Counted from the first letter of the stretch, positions 42,001 through 56,128 are shown. The stretch is DNA of 64,000 nt from Blastocystis sp. Blastoise (GCA_039096225.1 JBBPEB010000007.1:620001-684000), one strand, 5' to 3'. Notes: generated by a model from the letters alone, not told the origin. Translations and numbers: made by a program.

Positions 42001-45000
42001 TCCATGAGAAATATATAAAGATGAATATAGTAATGAACATAAGCTTAAAAGGTTCTATAGATGAGATTAATAATAATATATAAAAAGATTAATAATAATA
42101 AATTTTGTAATAATAAATATAATAATAATTATTTTAATAATAAAAATATAAATAATTTAAATAATATATATATACTTCTGTAATAGGATTTAGAGTAGAT
42201 TGTGCAGATAGATATGTATATATATTATTCTTTGTATATATAGAATGATAGAGAGATGGACATAAATCAACAACCTATATATATAAGTATATATATACAG
42301 ATCATTAATAATAATTATATATATATATATATACCCATTGTAAGAAAAAGAATATTTCGTTATGAATATTAACATGATTATAAATAGATTGATCCATAAA
42401 TAGAGCACTACTTTCATCAATATAATCACGGGAATCATCATTCATATATAATAAAATAGATATTAATAAATCTTTTAATTCATTAACATCTAATGAAATT
42501 GTTACTGAATTCCCGTGATTATTCGATTCTTCATTTGTTTGTATATTCTTATCTTTATCATTTTGAGTATTTATATTATTATCGTTTTTCCCGTGGCTAT
42601 TTTCCGAGTCTGATTGGTTTGTTTTGAAATTAAATGATTGATTTGTATATTTCGAAAGAGATTCAAGGATATTCACGGTTATTTTGTGTTTTTGAATATA
42701 GTTTTTAATATAAGTATTTAATTGTGGAAGTAGTAGATATATATATGTATAAATATCTTCATTAAGGAGAGAAATACAACGTGAGAAAAATGAAAGTCTA
42801 TATATATGTAATTATATATATGATTATTATTACATACTGTTGATCCAACGATGAATTCTATACATATATATAAGTATTATTTTATAATATATATATATAT
42901 ATATATATACTGAATAATCATGTATATCAGGAATGTATATATAATCAGAGACTTCTTGTGGAAGTAATAGAAGGGACTGTTCTAAATCTATATATATATA
43001 TAATATGTATTATATAATAATGTAATATGTATTATATACTAATATAATATGAATTATATATATACCTTTATTATTTAATATTCCCTTTATCAAGTGAATT
43101 GATGGATATATATAACGAAACACTTGAGATGCATCCATTCCCGCAGGAATTTCTATGTAATCATGATAGATATAATAAATTGAATGAATAAATAGAATAA
43201 ATAGAATAAATATATTAAATAGAATAAATATATTAAATATATTAAATAGAATAAATATATTAAATATAATAAATAAAATTGGTAAAAAAATATAAATAGA
43301 ATAAATAGAATAAATAAAATATACTGAATGTGCAGAGTTGATATATGATTTGTTTAATAAATGTATATACAGTAGGTGTAATAATAGATATATATATAGA
43401 AGAAGATTCTTCTTCGTATAAATACATATATATACAAAATAATAATTTATATGTATATATAGAAAACATCGAATAGAAAGAGAAACATAATTTATCTGGA
43501 ACCTAAATAATCGTGAGAATTATTGGAAGAAATAATAGTTTAACAAAGAAAAGAAGAATATATATAAACATATGTATCATATATTAATTAATAATAATGT
43601 TTATATACATATTGATTGAGTTCTATAAGTAAATAGAAACATTTATATAAATAAATAGTTTTCTCAGGGGTATATTGAACACATAAATCATTTAATAAGC
43701 AGAATAACCTCGAATAAGGGAATATTCGTGGTATATCATCTTTTGATACTCCAAACTATATACATAATATATATATACTATATCATATTATATATATATG
43801 TTGTTTCATATAAAGTAAATAGTATATAATTATAATATAAAAATACCTTTTGTATTAAGATCTCTACTAACTTCGGAATAGTATTCTGGTTCTCTATTTC
43901 CCTCATCTTCTCAGTTAGAAATATATCTCCATTTTTTCGTTCATTATACATATATATATTCTTTGTATAATGAATATATATAAATATATATTTATATATA
44001 TAATCCTGAATAATATCTACACTGTTTTCAAGCTATATATATATATACATTAATGAATATATAAAAAATATATATATATAAAAAAGTATATAAATATTTA
44101 TAAGATATTCAAATATATATAAACAATTACATATATATAAGTATAAATGTATATTTTAATAAATATAGATATAATAATATATATATACAATAAGTAGAGA
44201 ATTAAGTTCTTCTGGTATATATAGTTGAGGAAGTAGATATATAGAAATCATATCTAAATATACTATCCAATATATACGATGTGTATATATATATCCACTA
44301 ATTATATCTAAAGAATCCTTGTTGGGTAGGTATTTGGAGAGAGTATATGATAAAGTGTCATAATCAGGGTTATTTTGAAATTCATTCTTATTAAATGCAG
44401 ATTCCTGTGAATCTCTATATGTATATAAATAAGTATATAATTGTCTTTGAATAATCTCTTCCTATATAATAATAATAATAAATATATAGATAAATATATA
44501 GAAAAGAATATTGTTAAAAGGAATGTTAATATATATATATATATACTTGTTGGAAAATATATATAAATAAAAAGATTGAATTATTCCCATGTGTCAATTC
44601 ATTAAAAGGATATTCAAAATAACCGCGAGGATTCGGATTTCTATAAGAATAATATATTTTTTTATAAATAGTTTTAATAGAAATAAAATGTATATAGTAT
44701 AGATTATATATAGTATATATAGTATATATTAAATTTATTATATATATTATATATATTATATATATACTGAATAAAGAAATGAATAAGAGAAGGATTATAA
44801 AGTGCAGTACGAGATAAAGATAGAGAAGAAACACGGGAATATAATGACTATATAGAGAGAAATATATTAATAATCATGAATATGAAAATAAATATGAATA
44901 TATTATCATAAAGAATGGACTATGAAATTGAGAATAAAGAGTATATTAATATATAAATAATGTATATAAACATATATAAATAATGTATATATATACTCGT

Positions 45001-45279
45001 GTATAATAAGCTTGATATTGATGCAATAACGGTGTATGTGGAGATATATATAGATATTGATAATATATATAGATATAAGAAGGAATATAGATAGATAAAG
45101 AGGATAATAAATGCAAGAGACACAAATAAATAGGGAAACTATCTCTATATAGATATATATGGAGTCAAAGATATATATATATATATATTCAAAATATATA
45201 AATATATACGTTGAATCTTTTAATATTTGAGTTTTTAATTGTCCAATAGAATCAGCAATCAAGGAGGTATCAATTAATC

Positions 45280-45326
<47 letters not shown>

Positions 45327-48300
45327 GTATTGATCTTTAATTAGTGTTGACAAAAGACAATTATAAAGAAATGGATTTCCTGTTAACAAAGATTTGTATA
45401 TATACTCAAAACAATAATCACTATTATATATATATAATATATACAATATAATAAATTATCATTATATATAAATAGAATATAAATATATACATATTAGTAT
45501 AATTCATGGAATATATATGTATATATAAAAGTGGGATATGGAGGGAAAAAAGAGAGGGAGAGGAATGAAGAGAGGGAAGTAATGATGATACTATTGTATT
45601 TACTATATCTAAAACATTATATACTTATATAGATATAGATTAATAAAAGAAAAGAAATACAATAAAAGAAATCATGTTATTCTTAATATATAAATATACA
45701 CTATTATTCTTATGATTATAATATAAAAACACTGCAAGAGATTCGTACATAATTTGGCGGGAAGGAGGGAATTTATACCATGGTTTACCACCACTTAATT
45801 GAATTAATCGAGAAACTGGAGAAACCACGGAATCCATTCGTTGTGCAATACTATTATTCTCTTCATCAGAATCTGATTCTAAAGTAGCTTCTGTATTTCC
45901 ACGGTTATTTATGGAATTATTATGAAACCATTGAAGTAAACTTATATAATCAGATGGAAATTGTTGTGATAAATAATTTAATATTCCTTGTAATAAAAAT
46001 AATCGTGGGGATCCATAGAGTGATAAAGATTGAATTTTATAGATTAATGATGAAATTGTCCATTTACAAGTACATAATTCCCATGGGAAATATGTAAATA
46101 GAATTGAAAGAAGAATATCATTTGTTTCTATAAATAAAGATTCAAGATACATTGATTTGTTGGATTCCCGTGGGGATATAAATAATTGTGATGAATTTAT
46201 TGCTGAATTAATTAGCGAGAATATTTCTAAGTATATTTTCTTTGAATATTCTTGATAAAGAGAAGAACTACGTTTATATAGAAGAAGAAGGAAATAGAAT
46301 ATAGCAGGTATACTATTATTAGTATTAGTAGCAGTAGTACTAATGGACGAAGAAGAAGAAATAGAAGATGATGATGAATATAGAAGAGGTATAAAACGAC
46401 AAAGAGAAATAAGAATGTCTTTATACTGATCACATGCTCTCTCATATTCTGATTGGACAGATTCGTCATTTATGTTTTGTGATGTATATATAGAATATTG
46501 ATTAAGTGAGATATCTATAGAATGAAGAATTGATAGAGAATATAGAAATGAATTGAAAATAGTTTGTGAAGGTTGTTGAATAAGTTGTGTATATAAAATA
46601 TTTAAAGAAGATGAGAGAGAAGAAAGAGAATTATAAATAAATGCTGATAATTGATGAGAAGATAAAATAGTATTTTTTAATGGTGATGAATTTGTAGCTA
46701 TATTTATATTTGAGACATTACTAGAATGATTTAGAGTAGTATTTATATTATTAATAGTAGTATTAGAAATAGAATCTTTAGTTATATTTATAGGAATATC
46801 TTTTGAAATGAAAGTAGATTCTATGAATTGTTCAGAAACAAAGATTGAAGGTATAGTAATAGAAGAACAATAAGATACATAAAATGATGATAATGATGAT
46901 TGTGTATTTGTATTCTTGATATCTTTAAATCCTAAGGGAGATGAAATAATTGTATTGAATGAATAATCATGATTATAAATTCTATATAGAGATATAGAAA
47001 AAAGTGATGATATTATGTATATATATTGAGAATAGATAGTATTCCATAAAGGAATATCGATTTCTCTTGAAGATTTCATATAATTAGTAATAAATTGAGT
47101 TAAAGAGAGAGAATCGATAGATTCTTTATCTTGTATGGAATGTTGAATACATAGATTCAGTAGAAATAATCCATATTCAGTAGGTATAGTATAAATATAT
47201 GTAGATATATCTAACGATGTCTTTTTAAGAAATAATATGAATGAAGTAGATAAAAAAGGTATTAATAGATATAAAGATAATAATTGTTGTTTATATATAT
47301 AAAATTCTTTTTCATTAGAAGCATAGGACTATTTATATAAAATAATAGATATTGGAATATGTATATAATGTATATAGAATATATATATAAAGAATAGATA
47401 TTATAATATGTATATAATGTATATAGAATATATATATAAAGAATAGATATTAGAATATGTATATAATGTATATAGAATATATATATAAAGAATAGATATT
47501 AGAATATGTATATAATGTATATAGAATATATGTATAACAAAACAAATATATACCTCTTTAGAAGAAAAAATAGATATAAAGATTTCATTGATCGTATCTT
47601 TATAGGTATTTAGATCTATGATATATAAATGATAATAAGAATATTATATATATACCATATTCATGATTATTTTCTGATAAATAATAGAGAAATGTTGTAA
47701 AAAGTATATATCCATATCGATAAATATTCTTATATGAAGAAAGAGAAAGATATAGTTTAATAGAGTCAAATAATCGTGGGAATAATGAAGATGGAATTCT
47801 AATGGAGTTTCTAGAAATAAAATTAAAGTGAAAAGATTATTTGTATTTATATATATATGTATATTGTTGTCATTATAAAAATGAATAATATATAAAATTC
47901 TTAAAAATAATATAATATATATAGAGAGAGTAGTATATAATAAAATAAAAAGAATTAAAAAAGAATAAGAACATATAATTAGTTTAATTACTTATATGAA
48001 ATAATATAAATGTTATATATATATATACTTGAATAGAAGAGTAGATAATATATAGATATGAATAGAAGAAGGTGGAGAGATTCTGTTCATAGAAGAAAGA
48101 GTAGATGTATTTGTAAGTAAAGAGATATACTATATATATATAATATAATATAATAACATTTGAAATATATCACAAATAATAATTTTTAAAAAAATATAAT
48201 TTTAAAAATATATAATTTTAAAAATATATAATTATAAAAATAATATAGAATTCATTACTACATGCCTTTTCATTTTCTTCAATAATACTAAATAGAGGTG

Positions 48301-49462
48301 ATTTAACTTCTGGAATAATATGTTTTAAAGAAATAACAGTCTTAGAAGATATATTATTGTTATTATTGTTATTATTGTTATTATTATTATTATTATTGTT
48401 ATTATTGTTATTATTGTTATTTGAACTATTAGTATATACTGTAGATTGACTTTCTTTCGTCGTTAAATTCCCATGGGAATCCTCTGTTGAAATAAAAGTA
48501 GTTGAAGAGATGTTTGGAGTGTAAGAAGAAGGAATAATACTATTGGATGTATTCATGGGAATATCCGTATTAGAGTTGGAAACATCGTTATTCCCACGAT
48601 TTTCGGAACAAAGACGTTTATTTCGATAATTGTCATCAGTTGATTCTTTTATAGTATCTGTTTTATCTTCATTAATAATATTCCCATGGGAATCCAGAAT
48701 ATAATAAGGAGTATAGAGTAAAGAATAAGAATATAATATTGATTTATGAATAATAGAAACAAGTAAAGAAATAGTCAAATAATAAGAATCTTCATAATTC
48801 TCTTGGAAATCAAATACATAAGGTGTTGTTGGCCTAGTTAATATATAAATATATATAAATATAAATATAAATATATATAAATATATATATATACTTTTGA
48901 TTATATGTATTTTTGGATTCTTCATTAAGAATAGGGAATGAAATATTCTGTTGAAAAATAAAAGTAGATAAAAAGTTATAACAAGGTTTAGTTGACTTTA
49001 ATATACACTATATATTTATATATATATATATTTATAAAATAAAATATATTTGCAAAAAATATACATATATATAGAATAAAAAATATATATATATAAATAC
49101 ATTAAGAGTAGATATTGATGTCATTTCTTTATATAAGTTAATAAAAGATTGAATATGTTTATTAACATATATATATAAAGAAGAATCATGAGAATTATTA
49201 GGTAATAGTTGATAAAGTGTTGATATATATATAGATATATAGGAATAAATAATAGATTTCTGCGAACAATATCGTATATCTTCCAAAATATAACTATAAA
49301 TATATATAAATTATATAAACAACTAATTCATAAATATATATAATTTTAAAGTCTTTTTGACATATATATAAGTATATAATAAACATTATATATATATATA
49401 TATATATACTTTAGAAATGCCTCATTATTTTCTTTTATCCATAAACTTACTTCTATTGGATA

Positions 49463-49497
<35 letters not shown>

Positions 49498-50540
49498 AAG
49501 ATTAATAATCAATACAAAGAAAAAACGATTTATATTTATATAAACCATTAATTATATAAATAAATTTTAAAAAAAAAATGAATATAGAATACAATATACG
49601 CTTTATAGAATTGAATAATTGTGTCGTACAATATGATTCGTTGATCTTGTACTTCGAACAAAGCACAAATAATTTGTAAAGGAGATTGAATATTCTTAGA
49701 ATCCAAACAATATATCAATTGATTATAGATTATATTTAATGTATAACATAAATTCGTTTGTATTTTTGTTGAATGTATTTCTGTATAAATTGAATAGAGA
49801 GATGAACTTATTGAATCTAAAGTGTTTTTACCAATACTATTCGCATAAAAACGAATCTATAATATGAAAATATATTATTGGTAGAGTATAAATATATATA
49901 ATAATAATATTAAAGAAAACAATAATTATATAAATTAAAAATATATAATAATAAAAAGAAAACAATAATTATATAATATTAAAAATTATAATAATACAAA
50001 GAAAACAATTATCATCTTTATAATACTTAAAAATACAATATCAAACAAAAAAAAACATAATTGCTTTTATAATATTAAAAATATACTCCAAGAATAGACT
50101 GAATAAAATTTAAACTCAAAGCAATCAAATCTTCGTTACCTAAACTTTGACAATAATCTAGCATTGTGTCAATTAAATCTAAAATATCGCTAAATAATAT
50201 ATAAGTCAACTGAAATTCATTTTTATTAAAGAGAGAAAACGTATCAATAAGTAATTGCAACGAATTTAACTCAATCTTCGCTTTTTCTAAATCTATTGAG
50301 GTACATATGATCAATTTATTTAAAATATAACAAGATATCGACTCTTCCTCTTTATATAAATCATGATTTACAATATCTTGCTGATTTTTAGCATCATCTA
50401 AGTATCTATAGACACCAAATGTGATGATGAATGCATAAATATAAATACATTTTCAAAGTATTGATTGCCTTTTTACGATCTGTTACACGAGATGAATCAA
50501 GAAGATAACAAGTATCACGAATCTTTGCATGTGAATCCAT
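36067..50540 (-). CDS. ATM: ATM/Tel1 serine/threonine kinase (PIKK family), many exons
   Basis: N-terminal TAN motif MDSHAKIRDTCYLLDSSRVTDRKKAINTL (ATG 50540). Catalytic GHVLGIGDRHLKNILI..IHIDFGIVFEQG..IPEVIPFR and FLHDPLYRW. FATC end LCSLFPGWGPYL* (stop 36069-36067). FEQG and LFPGW are ATM-type. Confidence 0.9.
47344..47535. repeat. 49-bp minisatellite x~4 in an ATM intron
   Basis: AATAGATATT..AATATGTATATAATGTATATAGAATATATATATAAAG repeated from 47344, 47393, 47442 and 47491. Confidence 0.9.
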
Positions 50541-51267
50541 TGCATGCAAATAAGATGTCACAAGTGTAAAATGATTTTAAAAAATGAAGAGTGTTGTGAA
50601 ACTTGTTTTTTATTTAATTTTCTTTTTAATTTATTAATAAATATATATTCAATAGCATATTGAAAAATTATAAAGTAATTCTTAGTTGCATATTAATACG
50701 TATCAACATCATTGTTAATCATTTTATATTGTGATAAATGAAATAATTCTTTTGGAAACACCAAAATTAAACTAAAAAAAAAAAGAGAACTCACTTTTTT
50801 CATTATAAAATAAATAAACTAAGATATAAAGAACCAAGAAGCACATAGTAAGAATCTTAGAAATGAAAAAAAGTATGAATTGTAAGGCGAATTTATTTAA
50901 AAAATGAAATAGTTCTGGATTCTTGTCTTTAAAAATAATATATGCATGCATCGATATATATGCATATTTCGCACGAATAGTCTTTAATTGATTTCTCTAA
51001 CAATATTTTCATACTCAAAATCTATTATGTCTATAATGATAATATAACCTCAAAAAAAATATTAATATCATCATTTCTAATATAGCAGAATATTATTTAC
51101 GAAGAAAATGGATATTCAAAATGAGCGCGAAGAAATAATTCACTATCTATTCATAAATATATCAATATAATTCTTTAACTCTACTTACATGTTCGTTTTA
51201 TGACAATAACATACAAAAAAATTCTTGAAAAGAATTAGAAAATTCAAAGAAAATATCTTAATAATGT

Positions 51268-52797
51268 ATTTTTAAATACTATGAAAGAAACGAGTTATTT
51301 TCCCTGATGAGCCGATATATACCGAGCTTGCTCGGTATATTCGGCATTTTTACACGAGTCGAAGGACGAGTGTAAAAATAATCAGGGAAAATAACGAGTT
51401 TCATTCATAGTATTTCAAAATAATCATTTTTCTGTTATTATGAAAGAAAAAAATCAAAAAAATCATGATTACATGTCAGACTTTGTTTATTTCCCCATTA
51501 TTGAATGTTCAGTTATTTGTGTTCCATATTAATAATATATAAAAATTATAGAATATAAAAATATCTACCATTTTTTATATAACAGTATTTCAGTTTTATG
51601 TGGGTCAATACATTTATTCGTGATTTTCTGTTATTATTTACAGTAAATATGTTATTTCACAAACTAACCGTTATTATTACTATTTCTCTTTCTCTGTTTT
51701 ATGTATGAAAAGTGATCAATTATTCATGTTATATTATGAAAAATGTTGATTACTATACATAAAAAGATGACGAGTCATTTGTCATTTCTCTTTTTATATC
51801 AATCTTTTATAATAACCTTGTTTATTAGATAATATTTAATAGAAATTTCAAATTAATCATGAAAATTATTTTTTTTATAATAAACTTATTATTTTTCTCT
51901 CTTTTTAATGTTCAGTTATCATCATAATTACTATTTTTATATATTTATCATATATATTTTAATGACTTGACTTGATGACAGATGTTACGTCAGGATCCAT
52001 TTGAAAAGATTCTATTTTTACACTCATTTTTTTGTTATTATTGAAAATGCTGTTAGTATGTTATTGTCTATTTTTATAGCAATTAAACTATGTCTCTATA
52101 GGTCACTTTGATGATTTTTAAAAAAGAAATGGAAATGGGAAGATGATTATAAGAAATGGTTGTTGAAATTCATTCTAGGTTGGCTGTGTGAACAAATGAA
52201 GATGCTAGTAAGAAGTTGAAGTGCTTTCGTTGATTGTTTTGCTAAAAAGATGAATTGGTTGAAATGATCTCTTCTTTTCTTATGATGTCCAATGTATATA
52301 TATATATATATTATATCTCTCTCTTAAAGTAATATTATATTTATTAATATTGATATATTATCTATAATTTTCTTTTCATTCTTAGCCATTTGTTTATCTA
52401 TATTTATATATATTATAATAAAATTACTTGAAATATGTTATATATATTATTTAGTGTTGAAAGAGTACAGAGAGTATATTCTTGCTGGTAATTGTTTAGC
52501 CTTAATTGCAAGTTATTGTAGTTTTTATTAGATATGTCATTATTAATGAATAGTTCTTTAGTGTATGTATTAAAATAAATATTTCTATTCTTATTATCTT
52601 CATTTTTTTTCATTCTTTATTATATTTTTTTATTATTTTTAAAATTATTTCCTTCATTATTATATGAGTTTTTTGTTTCTTTCATACTGTGAAAGAAATT
52701 TTTTTCGTTTCTTTCACAGTTTCCCCCATCATTACTACCATTTTAATCACGGTTATTTTTTTTTTCTTTCATAGTAACAGAAAAAAAACCATTTTTA
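51268..52797. mobile_element. Putative non-autonomous element with a Y-shaped terminal hairpin and subterminal inverted repeats (class uncertain: Crypton-like or Helentron/HINE-like)
   Basis: Three-way hairpin at 51268-51421. Inverted pair TTTTTCTGTTATTATGAAAGAAA (51426-51448)/TTTCTTTCATAGTAACAGAAAAA (52763-52785). 13-bp hairpin at 52687-52720. ATTTTTA direct repeat at both ends (weak evidence). Confidence 0.65.
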
Positions 52798-52991
52798 TCT
52801 TTCTTTTCTCTTAGTTTCTATTCGGAATAATATGAAGAATAGATATCAAAAGAGAAGTACGAGACAACAGAAGTTTGAGCTGAATTCAGAAAAAAAATGT
52901 TTGGATAAAAAGCAAAAGATATCTATGGAAAAACGTATACATGATAATTTAAAATAAAAAAAGTTATATATTATCTATTATTTTATCGAGA

Positions 52992-54672
52992 ATGGTTAAA
53001 GAGAAAATTGATTCAAATACATATACAATAAGTGATGTTCAAAATGATATTATGGCTTATGAAGAATTGATGAAAAATGTAATGAATGTATTTACATCTG
53101 TGTTGAATCTCGGTAATCATTTTGAGAGATTTGCCAGAGTTTCTCTTAACTGTTCAGGTGGTGATTTCAATATGAAGAAACTGGATAATTCTTCATCCAA
53201 AAAATCTAATTCAAGAAGAAAAGAAGAAAAGAAGTTATTCAACAAAAGTGATCAAAAAGAAAATGATATGGATTTGATTCGTTTCACAAATACAGGTCCT
53301 ATTTTCTCGATATCAAAAAGTGCACTAGATAGTGTGAAAGGTTCATATATAGATGAACAACGTGCTGATGATTTAAGAACAAATGATGGAACAATATTTC
53401 TAGGTTATGATGGTAATGATGCTTCTGTTTATTATTTATTAGATTATTTGAATGGTAAACCTATGAATTTAAATTCTGTAAATTATCTAGAACAATTAGA
53501 AGTTTTAAATTTATTTGAATTTTGTGGTTTAGCTATTCCTGAAGAATTAATTGATTGTAGAGGAAGAAGAGATCGAAAGAGAAAGAGATATGAAGAACCA
53601 GATGAAGTTCATTTATTTATTAATGGAAAGGAAGATACAATAATAAGTAATTATTTGAAGAAAAATAATTTATGGAGTATTTATATAAGAAGTTGTGATA
53701 GTGGATATGTGTATTATAATCATAAAGATAATAGTTTATTTATGGATAAAAATTATCAATATATAGAATATATAAATACATATATAAAACTTGGCACTAT
53801 ATATATAGAAGATACAAAGAAATCAGAAATTAATCAGGAATTATTAGAGATAGAAATGAGTAGTCTATTTGGTAATAAAGGAAAGGAAGTAGCTCAACAT
53901 GCAAGTATTCCTTTTCAATTATTTAATGGAACTACAATAATATCCAATAAATTAATGGAAGCTCCATTAGTTAATTGGATTAATAATAATGGAAAAACTG
54001 TTTTTATGAGTATATGTGATCGATTTTCTAGTAATGAAAAGAAATGGACATTATTATTTAGAGCAAGTGAGCATCATTATTCAGCAAGTCAATTTCATAA
54101 ATATTGTGACAATAAAGGAGAAACAATAACTCTTATTAAACATATAGGTCATAATAATCATATTAATATATTTGGAGGATACACGAATCAAAGCTGGGAA
54201 TCTAGACAAGGTAATTATATATAGAATATGTTATAATATATGTTATTATTTATAGAATACTTATAATATATAATATATTATAATATATAATATATTATTA
54301 TATATAAAATACTTTAATCTATAATATATTATAATACATATATAATATATAGTAGCAAAATATTATTCAAAAGAATTTATATTTACCTTAAGTAATGAAC
54401 ATGATATTCCTCCTACAAAATATGATAATTTGAATGATGGTAAGAGTTATGGTATATATTGTGATCCTTCATATGGTCCAACATTTGGTAATAAATGGGG
54501 TGATATTAAACTAGCAGATAAATGTCATACAAATGATTATTCTTATTGTAATTCAGAAGCTTATACAGAAATTAATATTCCTCAAAAATGTAGAATATTT
54601 GTAAATACTGCTGATACTGATTATATGAATAATTTCTTTGTTGAAGATTATGAAGTATGGGGAAAAATATAA
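52992..54672 (+). CDS. Tandem BTB + TLDc domain protein, copy 4
   Basis: Exon 1 52992-54210, single intron 54211-54352 (NAGNAG acceptor; 54355 is also in frame), exon 2 to 54672. Intact TLDc motifs. Confidence 0.9.
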
Positions 54673-56128
54673 TGATTTTTTTCTTTCTTATAATACTATT
54701 ATCTTTATGTTTTTTTTTAATATTTTCTGCAATTTCTGTTAATAGATTGATTTTCACATTCTGTTTTATAGGATTTCTTTCTATATTTTATGAGTTTTTC
54801 ATTGTTTCTATATTTATTTAAATTTAATTTTTGTTTTAACAAATTGTTTTTTTTTATTATTATTTGCTATTTGTTTACATTGTTTTATATACTTTTTAAA
54901 AATTAAGATAAAAGATGATTCTAAGTCTTATTTATTGATATCTATCTTAATTTATTAATACATATATATTAGTTTATAGTTGTTCTTTCATATTCTTATC
55001 TTGATATAGAATATTAACGTTTATTTATTGTTTTTCTACATTTCTTTTGTTCTACTAAGATATTTTTTATTGAAGTTTGTAATATACATACTTTTAGACT
55101 GTAATGAATCATATGTATATGGTTGATAACTATATAGAATTAACGATATACTTTTAAAATACATTTATAGAATGATATTCTATGAATCTATTGAAGATGA
55201 CACTTTCTAAGATATTTTATCATTTTTTCTAATAAATATTAATATACAAATAATAGGTATTTAAGTATATTTTTGAGAAATTCTTTATATAAAGTATATT
55301 TTTTATTTAATACTTATCATATAATTTTACAGTTTCTAACAAATGATTATAATTTGAGAATACTATAAAAGTGAACATAATAATATCAGATTATATATTT
55401 TAAACTCTTGTTTAAATAGGTAATAGACAGAAGATAACTAGTTATATATATTATTATTACATTAAAAATACTTTATTGTGATCAATATAAATATAGAAAA
55501 ATCTAAGTATACTTAGACACTCATAAAAGTTCATAAATTTATTTCTGGATTTGAGTAACATGCTTTTAAAGAAAACAGGTGTAAATCTAGGTGGAACACA
55601 TTCTATATAATCATATAGATAAATATAATGTATATAATTAATAAATTTATGTTATTTTCACATAAAAGAAAGAGCAGAAAAAAAATAGTATTCAGTTTTA
55701 ATAAATTCAGCAATTAATTGAGTATAAATGAATACTGGAATGCTTCTATAAATATATTTCATCATTAAATAGAATGAATAGATGTCAGAGAAATAGTGCA
55801 GAGCAACCACTGCAAGAAACTAACGAAAAAAAATTTATAATTCTATAAAAATATAAATCTTTATACATATATTTGTAAACAATGATGAACTGAAATAAGT
55901 AGAGAAATAAAAATATGAGATATAGCTAACTATCTCTCTAAAAGAAATTAAATAATTAAAAAAGAATTAATCTCAGAAAAATACAATTTGTTTAAGAGAT
56001 AGAAAACATAATTATGACTACCCAACAAATCAAACGTGAATAGTCATGATTTTATTGCATATAGCAGAGTGTATAATACAAATAATCAGAATTATGAAAA
56101 ATAATCTTTATTATTTGATTATATCCTA

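Noticed and set aside
44604-44613. ATATCCTTTT on the minus strand as a second U12 donor
   Set aside because: It lies in an open ATM exon (GYFEYPFNEL) that ends at a normal GT donor.
51304-51350. CTGATGA followed by a stem, suggesting a hammerhead ribozyme
   Set aside because: The stem is followed by ATTTT, not the required GAAA, and CTGAT is paired in the outer stem.
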